Shown here: positions 53,935 through 64,000 of the stretch, one piece after another
How positions within the stretch are numbered: position 1 is the stretch's first letter
Layout of the letters: each line of letters begins with the position of its first letter
Source: Octopus vulgaris
Taxonomy: Eukaryota
DNA length: 64,000 bases
NCBI GenBank assembly: GCA_951406725.2
Contig: OX597837.1
Coordinates: 45,260,001-45,324,000 of the forward strand
Reading direction: 5' to 3'
Notes under the pieces: model-generated
Databases searched by the model: none
Told to the model about the DNA's origin: nothing
The model's input: the letters and a program-made list of their open reading frames with translations, nothing else
Position numbers and translations under genes: made by a program

Positions 53935-54325
53935 TCTTTTACTTGTTTCAGTCATTTCACTGCGGTCATGCTGGAGTATCACCTTGAATAGTTTTTAGTC
54001 AAGTAAATCGACCCCAGGACTTATTGTGTAAAGCTTAATTCTATCGGTCTCTTTACCGAACCGCAAAGTTGCGGGGAAGTAAACACACCAACACCGGTCG
54101 TCAAGGGGTACTGGGTAGACAAAGACAGACACAAATGCACACACACACACACACAAATATATACATATATGTATATATACGACGCGCTTCTTTCAGTTTC
54201 CGTCTACCAAATTCACTCACAACACTTTGGTCAACCCTGGCTATAATAGAAGACACTTGCAGAAGGTGTCACGCAGTGGGACTGAACCCAGAACCATGAG
54301 GCTGGGAAGCTAGCTTCTTACCACG
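53935..54325 (-). mobile_element. SINE family A
   Basis: Both modules plus the tRNA-like head. Confidence 0.85.
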
Positions 54326-54395
54326 AGCATAATATATATTATATATACTTTACATAATATTATATATACATACACAGGCGCGCTCGCACACACAG

Positions 54396-54445
<50 letters not shown>

Positions 54446-55083
54446 GACCCACACCTGCATATGATGCCACGCTTTATATAATTGAACACGTCACTTCAAA
54501 TTACGAATCAATCTTCTTAAGCAATTCGCCATGCTAATACGTCACACATAAATATGCGTGTGCACATACACACGCACACACTCACACACACACACACATG
54601 CACACCCAAAGAAGTGGCGACTCAGACGTCTATATATGTATGAGTGAACGCATTCACGATATATATATATGTGTGTGTGTGTGTGTGTATTTATGCATAT
54701 ATTGTATGTATGTATGTATGTATTATGTATGTATGTATGTGTGCATGCATTCATTTGCGTATCTATGTATGTATATTTCTTTGTATGTATAAAAAATTTC
54801 ATTTTGTGGCGTTCGTTTTTTATGTCTTGTTTGCATTGTTGCGTATTTAATATATTTCTGTTTTGGGTTCTGTGCGTGTGCGCGTGTGTGAGTGAGTATA
54901 TATATATATATACACACATATATATATATGTATATATATATATATTATGTTATGTATATATATACATACATATATATATATATATATATATTAAGTTATG
55001 TATATATATATATATACATACACACAAATATATTTACATATATAGACGCATAGATACATACATATATATATTTATACATAGAT

Positions 55084-55215
<132 letters not shown>

Positions 55216-56091
55216 GTATGTATATATATATATATGCATGTATGTATGTATGAATGAATGTATCAAAAAGGATGAGACGGGTGTGAATCTTAAGAAAACG
55301 CGTCACGTAAATTGGTTTATGAAAAGCAATTTAGCACTAACGCAGAAAAAACAAAATACCAACACCAAAAAACACAAAAAAGCTTCTAATGTTGAGAAAA
55401 CTGTTATAAGGTTTGCGCTGTAAATCTCACTCTATCACTTTGTCTCTCTCTCTCTCTCTTTCTCTCTCTCCCTCTCCCTCCCTCTTTCTCTTTATCTATC
55501 TATCTGTCTATCTATCTATCTTTCTCCCCCCCCCCGACCCGTTCTCTATGTCTGCCTCTGTCACTCTAATCGTACCTTTATCTACTTATTTGTCAGTCTC
55601 TCATCGACCAGATCGATATCTTCGTCTTAGACATCTGCTTTGCGTGATTGATACTTGTTGTTGAGGTTGTTGTAGTTCACAGGTGTGACCGAATGGTTAC
55701 AAAAACCTCGCTTTGCAATCGGGAACATTCCGAGTTCGATTCCAGTAGCCAAGTGTATTTTGCCAAAGCCTCGAGTCTACCCCAGCCCAGTAACTAAACC
55801 CATGTATCTTGAAACTCCACAGAGGACCCTCGCATGAATTATACCAGTAATTCAAACGGGGTAGTCTTCTTACACTGAATTACACTGGTTCTGCCGCACA
55901 ATTAAATAAAGGTTGATGCCACAGCAACGCGATATGCATCTATTTCCACCCTAAGGGAATGAGGAACAAATCGCTAGAAATATCTGTGAAATTGCATGGC
56001 CTAGTAGCTAGAGTGTTGCGCTCAAAATCGTGATATCGTGGGTTCGATTTCGGGTCTGGTTGGTGCTTTGTGTCCTTGAGCAAAACATTTC

Positions 56092-56200
<109 letters not shown>

Positions 56201-57248
56201 ACACACACATACACACAATACACACATACATATATATATATAGATGCTTTCAGTTAAGGTTTAAGCTTATATGAAAATGTCATGTATATATATAATTATA
56301 ATTAAGGGTATCTAAGAGATATCTTTTAGATAACCTTAATTATAATTTTTAAAATAATTATTACCTTTGAGATTTTTATTACTATGATGGCCACCTGATA
56401 AGATCGGTATTTTAAATAACGATCTTATCCCTATTTGTATAAATTTATATATATATATATATGTATATATATATAGATATATATATATACATATACATAC
56501 ATATATACATATATATATGTATGTGTGTATATATATATATGCATATATAAAAATATATATACATGTATGTATGTATAATAATGAATATATATATATATAT
56601 ATAAATCAATATATATATACATGTGTGTAGGTACAAATCCTAGTGGTTAGGATACTGCACTCAAGATGACGAGATTGCGGTTTCAATTCCTAGATTGGAT
56701 GATACGTCATGTTCTTGAGTAAAACACTTCATATTGCACTGCGATCCGACACTTGGCGCGTGGTACACCTCCTACACCTATTCAGGCTGCGTCCATTTGA
56801 TAGAGAGAGTGAGCTAATAATATACAGTACATATGTTGGATTATTACAGATAATTTATTTGCGGAGGGTCGTTCTGCAAAAGCTGTATACTTATATGACG
56901 TCTTCGACGAGTGATTCTTGTCAGCGATACTGTAATATTAGGACAACAAAAGAATGAATGATCTCTCGACATTATGTAAACAGACGAATTTATCTGTAAT
57001 ATAATATGTGACAATTATCCGGCTGCCATAATAAGACTCCGAGTTTCGGATGTCGGGGCGGAAAGCTGTCAGTTATCGAGGCAATCAAAAAAATTGACTG
57101 ACAACATATATATATATATATATATATGTGTATATATACACATATACATATATACATATACATATATATATACACATATATGCATATATGTGTATATATA
57201 TATGTATATGTATATATGTATATGTATATATATGTATGTATATAATAC

Positions 57249-57283
<35 letters not shown>

Positions 57284-57326
57284 CATACATATATATACAT
57301 ATATATATATATATGAAAGAATGAAT

Positions 57327-57362
<36 letters not shown>

Positions 57363-57524
57363 TCATTTTTTAATTCTCTAATAGTAGAAAGCTTTTGCCC
57401 AAGATGCCACGTAATGGGACTGATCCCGAAACCATGTGGTTGAGAAGCAATCTTTTTACCCCACAGTCACACCTTTGCCTATATTATATATAGAGAGATA
57501 TGTGTATGTATGTGAGTGTGTGTG

Positions 57525-57578
<54 letters not shown>

Positions 57579-57663
57579 CGTGTGTGTCTATATGTATATA
57601 TCTATCTGTCATATACATGCATAGATATATATACATAGATAGATAGATAGATAGATAGATAGG

Positions 57664-57749
<86 letters not shown>

Positions 57750-58077
57750 TGTTTTTGTATGTATATAAATATATATGTGTTTGTGTATGTAAATATATAT
57801 GTGTTGATGACTGTCATAGCTTGAGTAGGTCATTACTCAGAAACGTGCAAGCCACTTCATAGATACTGGATCAGCTGAAATCTATATTACATTTATTAAA
57901 CACGTGATGCCACCACGCATTATCTCAAAACATTCCGGAAATTCTTCAAAAGGCTACACTAAAATTTACTGTTCTAAGGCTTCCTTGTTTGAAAAAGTAA
58001 CTGCATGTGTATGTATATATGTATATGTGTATGTGTTTGTGTGTGTGTTTGTATGTGCGAATGTATACATACATACG

Positions 58078-58221
<144 letters not shown>

Positions 58222-58297
58222 TAGATAGATAGATATATACATACATTCATACATACATACATATATATGTACACATATATATATATATATATATATA

Positions 58298-58462
58298 AGC
58301 GCAGGAGTGGCTGTGTGATAAGTAATTTGCTTATCGACCATATGGTTCCGGGTTCAGTCACTTTGCGAGGCACCTTGGGCAAGTGTCTTCTAGTATAGCC
58401 ACGATCCGACCAGAATCTTGTGAGCGGATTTTGTAGATGGAAACTGAAATAAGCCCGTCGTA
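58298..58462 (+). mobile_element. SINE family A, 5' half
   Basis: gcgcaggagtggctgtgtgataag...ggttccgggttcagtc...gcccgtcgtat. Confidence 0.85.
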
Positions 58463-58906
58463 TGTGTGTGTGTGTGTGTGTGTGTGTACTATGATGTATA
58501 TTGACATTGTGTGTGGGTGGGCAATATATTTCAACGTGTCACTCTATTATTCATCACTCTCATTACATACACACATACACCTACACACATACACACACGC
58601 CTACACACAGAGACATACACATATGCATGCATTTGTATGTGATGACGAAGGTTTGATCTATCCAATGTTGATTGCTTGCTTTACGACCGCATATTTTGAT
58701 TGATGACATCTACCAACATCACCATGGGTTTCCGAGCCCCCAGAGACAGTTGTTGGACTCATAAAACCTTATTCCCCCACCCCCTGCCTTTAATTTTCTC
58801 TGTCGTTTGTGCTCTGCGTAAGTTTGATCTATTAATATAAATATCTCCATATTGTACTTCATTATTCATCATCTGAAAGTCTTCAATTGTAGCTTTCTTT
58901 TTGTTT

Positions 58907-58938
<32 letters not shown>

Positions 58939-59189
58939 TGCATATCAAAACTGTTATATTTAATTTGTTTATCGGCATAATTGCCTCCCTATCTAGTCAA
59001 CTTCATTCCTCTTACAGTCACTCTTTACTCCATGGAATTGGTCACTCGTAAAAACACTGGAGTCTAAGTTCGAATCAAGGAAGCGCTAAGGAATGCTTTC
59101 TGTACCGAGAATCTCTGGATCTCTTCTGTTGGCTATAAGTATTAATTCTAACAAAATGTCGTCATATGTTTTGTGTATTCAAAGCAGCA

Positions 59190-59622
59190 AAAGCTGGTAG
59201 AGTCTTTAGCAGCCGGGCAAGATGCTAAGCGGTATTAGTGGCGAGCTGGCAGAATCGTTAGCACGCTGGGCGAAATGCTTAGCGGTATTCCGTCTGCCAC
59301 TACTTTCTGAGTTCAAATTCCGTCGAGGTCGACTTTGCCTTTCATCCTTTCGGGGTTGATAAATTAAGGACCAGTTACGCACTGGGGTCGATATAATCGA
59401 CTTAATCCCTCTGTCTGTCCTTGTTTGTCTTCTCTGTGTTTAGCTCCTTGTAGGTAGTAAAGAAGTACGTATTTCACCCGTCCTGCACGTTCTGAGTTCA
59501 AATTCCGCCGAGATCAATTTACCTCTCATCCTCTTCAGGTAGATAAAATAGGTACCAGTTACGCACTGGGGGTGAGCAATCGACTTACTGAAATTACTAG
59601 CCCTGTGCCAAAATTTGAAATC
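59190..59622 (+). mobile_element. SINE family B, duplicated head and two body units
   Basis: Head motifs at about 59190 and 59240, then two units. Confidence 0.82.
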
Positions 59623-60411
59623 ATTGTGTTTCGTGTATTTACGAGACTTCTTGACAACAGATTTATGTGGGTGTGTGCGTGTATGTTCGCGTGTCTGCGT
59701 GTGTGCGTGTTGACGCGTGTACGCATGCATGCGTGCAAGAGTAATTATTGTGTCAGTATTCATAATTAAGTGTCACTGTGTTAATATCTGTCGTTATGCA
59801 TTATGCATTTCTCGATGCATACAAGCAATACTCATCGATAGGCGTATACATGTCTAATATATACATATGTATACATCTTCACATATATTTTCTTCTAGAG
59901 CTAAACACTGACCTGTCCAACCACCTAATCTATATTCCTAAATTCTTCATTCTATACTATTACCCCTTTCTCTGCCCCGTCACTTAGACTCTATCATTAC
60001 ATAACTGACACTCCTTTACTTTTATACCTCTCTCTCTCTCTCTCTCTCTCTATCATCCCCATTCTTTCTATCTTTTTACACTCAAATATCTTTCTCTCAT
60101 CTCCCCATTCCTACTTTCAAATTATCTTGACTGACCACTAACTGGTAAACCTTCCCTTATTATCTCTCTCCTTGTTTTTCTTTTTTCTTTCTTTTCTTTA
60201 TTCCTCTCTTCCTATTTTTCTCTTTTTGCTTCTCATTTTTTCTCTTTTCTTTATTTCTCTCTTCCTGTTTTCGATTTGACCTTACAAAGAAATTCCCTAC
60301 TTTTAAGTCAGTTAAAATAAAACCCTTGATTCAATAGCACTGTGTATAAACTCAATACTTGGAATGGCCAATTTTAGATACTATTAGATTTTACTCACAA
60401 GGTATTGGAAT

Positions 60412-60455
<44 letters not shown>

Positions 60456-60520
60456 ACTCTGCCTAAATAATGGATCTACAAATGCAATATCCCTGCATAT
60501 CTCACATCGTTTTCTCACAC

Positions 60521-60570
60521 CGTTTCCGATGAAGAGACATAAGAAATATCCCGGAAACAGCTGTAAGACG
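60521..60570 (+). ncRNA. Type-I hammerhead-like motif (core CCGATGA)
   Basis: CGTTT CCGATGA agagacataagaaatatcccg GAAA CAGCTGTA AGACG: stem I CGUUU/AGACG, palindromic ACAGCUGU stem III, GUA triplet. Stem II is partly decayed. Confidence 0.6.
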
Positions 60571-60771
60571 TTCTATTTATAAATGTTCTGAAGTCTTTCA
60601 CAGCCATTGGCTTTTTATCTCACTCTGAAATTTTAAAAAATATTCCCCATATACACACGCTGATATATGACCTACGTTGGACTCCTTATTCGCATAATCA
60701 CCGAACTTGGAACACAACTATGGTCTATCCATAGCACTTACTGAACATTACCTCTCATAACTTCTCTCCCC

Positions 60772-60802
<31 letters not shown>

Positions 60803-60881
60803 CATATATATATGTGTGTGTGTGTGTATATATATGTATATTGTATATATATATATGTATATATATTTATATATGTATATT

Positions 60882-60955
<74 letters not shown>

Positions 60956-61082
60956 ATATAAATGTATATGTATGTATATATATCTATATATGTATATTTA
61001 TATTTTTATGTATATATGTATATATATATATGTATATATGTATATATATATGTATATATATATGTATATATATATGTATATA

Positions 61083-61130
<48 letters not shown>

Positions 61131-62293
61131 TCACAGGAAATGGTCAGTCTTTATCACGTTATCACATTATTATCTCTAAACGCTTAATTTTCTTAATTTC
61201 TTTTTCTTTCTTCCTAATAATCTGACCGTAAAGATAGAATTGTATTTTATTGTTAATTGGACGAGAGTTTTTCAGTGTTTGTTTCTTTGTTTTTGTTTTG
61301 TTTTGTTTTTATTTTGTATTTTGATTATACTTTTGTTTCGTCTGTCATTTCCTTTATGGGTTTGGTTTCGTTTAGAAATTGCTGAAAATGGCGCCACTTT
61401 GAGAATTCATTGTTGTACAGAATGGATTGACAGTCAGACCAAACGAGAGACTCATTCAAAATACTCACCCGAAGAAACACATTTTACACCTTTGATTGAT
61501 GGTAGTAATTACGCAGTATGTTAATTATATTATCTCACCAATGTACAGCGGATGTGAGGATATCTGGAAACAATTGTAGTCATATGGAAGAAAGGATGTT
61601 GTTCAATCCATTCTTTCTTATTCTTCTCTACGGATACTATGGAAGTCCAGATGTATAACCAATGACAGCAGTATTCCCATCGTATGATGATGACATCTGG
61701 TAGCCAATACCACTAGGCAAGCTTTATGCAGCATACGACTACGATCTTTTTACCAAAATTCTATTCAACTATATCCATATATCTCTGTGGATGTGTGTCT
61801 GTGTTTTTCCTTTCATCAAACGCTTGACAACTGATGTTGGTCTATTTGCTTACCCGCATAGCGGTTCGACAAAGAGGACCAACACAAATGGGAAGCAGTA
61901 ATTGAAGTAGATGGTGAATATGCTCCGAAATAATCATTTAAAGATGTTTTTGTTACCTGTTATTGTTTTTGTTGAATAAAATTTGTTGAAAAAAACCAGC
62001 AATAATTTTGCACCCGCCCAATATATATATGTATTTATGTATAATATATACATACATAGCTATATATAATATAGCTATGTAAGTATATATCAGCATATAT
62101 TAGCATATATTAATATATATTAGAACGTATCTCAATGAGATTAGTGTGTACGTATGTGTGTGCGCATGCGTCTCAGTGTATGTATTACTTTGTATACTTA
62201 TGTGCTATTTTCTGTCAATACGTGTTAGAGTGTAACATACTATATATTACCATATGTAAGAGCGTAAATCTGTGCCAATATACGCGTGAACGC

Positions 62294-62335
<42 letters not shown>

Positions 62336-62719
62336 GTGTGCATACCTGTGGTGTGTGTGTGTGTGTGTGTGTGGATATGGATGTATGTAAATCCGTATCT
62401 ATTAGTCTGAATCAAATGTGTGTTAGTTAATTTAAATTAACTGCCAGCCTCTACTTAATTGCAATGATTTCATAGCAATAAGCACGAAATTTCGAGACAG
62501 TTCATTTACTCTCTCTGACTTATTTTGATTTATTTATTATTTTTTTGGTGTGTGTGTGTGTGTGTTGCTGCAACTGTTGTTATGGTTGATGTTGTTCTTG
62601 TTGTTCTTGTTGATGTCATCATCATGCTGTTGTTATTTTAATTCACTTTATCGATTTATTTATTGATTTCCTTGTTTGTTTTGCCATTTACTTAATACGT
62701 TATAGCCTTTTATCTTTCT

Positions 62720-63080
62720 TGTGTTTCAGACATTGGATTGCGGCCATGCTGGAGCACACGCCTTCGAGAGTATTTACCTAGCGATACCGATCCCGGTCCG
62801 GTACTTATTCTACCGACTTCTTTCGCTGAAAACTAAACTACAGAGGATGTAAACAAACCGACATCGGTTTTCAAGCAGTAGCGAGAGAACAAACACAAAC
62901 ACAAACAAAATGATACACACACACACGCGTGCGCGCACACGCGCAGTTTTCGTCTCTCGTATTCATTCAAAATGCATTAATAGGCCCGGGGAGGACTTAG
63001 TAGAAAATAGTTTCCCAAACTACCGCGAATTGCAATTGAACCCGAAACCACAAGGCTGCAAATGAAGCTTCTTAACCATG
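62720..63080 (-). mobile_element. SINE family A, old diverged copy
   Basis: gcggccatgctggagcac, ggtacttattcta, gaacccgaaacca. Confidence 0.7.
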
Positions 63081-63199
63081 CATTCATTAAGCCATGCATC
63101 CATTTTGCTTCATAATGAGGATATTAATTTATTTTATCGCATTTGGTTTATACTTTTTTATATTCATAATTGAATTTTCCATATAACTAGATTCAATAA

Positions 63200-63935
63200 A
63201 ACTCTTAAATTCGAAGAATTTACGTAGAACGTAAGGACGGACGAAATGTTGCAAAGAATTTTTACCGGCGTGCTAACGATTCTGCCAGCTTACTGCCTTT
63301 ATTAATAATAATAATTATAGAAAAAGAGCTGAAGACTATTTCTATTTCTTTACTACCCACAAGGGGCTACACACAGAAGGGACAAACAAGGACAGACAAA
63401 CGGATTAAGTCGATTATATCGACCCCATTGTGTATTTAACCGACCCCGAAAGGATGAAAGGTAAAGTGGACCTCGGCGGAATTTGAACTTAGAACGTAGC
63501 GGCAGACGAAATACCTATTTCTTTACTACCCACAAGGGGCTAAACGCTGAGAGGACAAACAAGGACAGACACACGGGTTAAGTCGATTACATCGACCTCA
63601 GTGCATAACTGGTACTTATTTAATCGACCCCGAAAGGATGAAAGGCAAAGTCGACCTCGGAGGAATTTGAACTCAGAACATAGCGGCAGACGAAATACCT
63701 ATTTCTTTACTACCCACAAGGGGCTAAATGCAGAGAGGACAAACAAGGACAGACACACGGATTAAGTCGATTATATCGACCTCAGTGCGTAACTGGTACT
63801 TATTTAATCGACCCCGAAATGATGAAAGGCAAAGTCGACCTCGGCGGGAATTTGAACTCAGAACGTAGCGGCAGACGAAAAAAACCGCTAAGCATTTCGC
63901 CCGGCGTGCTAACGATTCTGCCAGCTCGCCGCCTT
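63200..63935 (-). mobile_element. SINE family B tandem cluster (3 body units plus an extra head fragment)
   Basis: ctatttctttactacccacaaggggct at about 63342, 63516 and 63699; heads end at about 63297 and 63934, each followed by the same ttaataat..tatagaaaa..gctgaagactattt flank. Confidence 0.85.
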
Positions 63936-64000
63936 TATTAATATTAATAATTATAGAAAAGGCGCTGAAGACTATTTCGTCAACCAAAAACTTATTTACA

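Noticed and set aside
61530-61715. Possible minus-strand exon (WYWLPDVIIIRWEYCC...) with a gtgaga donor
   Set aside because: Weak acceptor and no recognisable motif, so it cannot be supported without a search.

Overview
AT-rich, microsatellite-saturated animal genomic DNA. It looks like octopus or another coleoid cephalopod; this is inferred from the (TA)n/(CA)n/(GATA)n/(TATG)n landscape and the SINE families, not from a search. Almost every entry in the ORF track is a microsatellite translation artefact. Real coding content: two diverged, divergently oriented, single-coding-exon ankyrin-repeat paralogs resembling only the N-terminal half of Fem-1 (17917-18825 minus; 47686-48603 plus), plus a probable terminal coding exon of a minus-strand gene (41893-42298). 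The rest is mobile-element debris: two abundant tRNA-derived SINE families (one forming tandem arrays), mariner/Tc1/maT/hAT relics, RTE- and CR1-type LINE fragments, MITE-like foldbacks and a 157-bp satellite. The most unusual signal is a dispersed set of 6 complete and about 3 partial minimal type-I hammerhead-ribozyme-like motifs. They have palindromic stem III and come from several unrelated short repeats of Penelope-like terminus type, lying next to TA/CA microsatellites or inside long inverted repeats. Two show a U3-A8 swap of the C3-G8 core pair.
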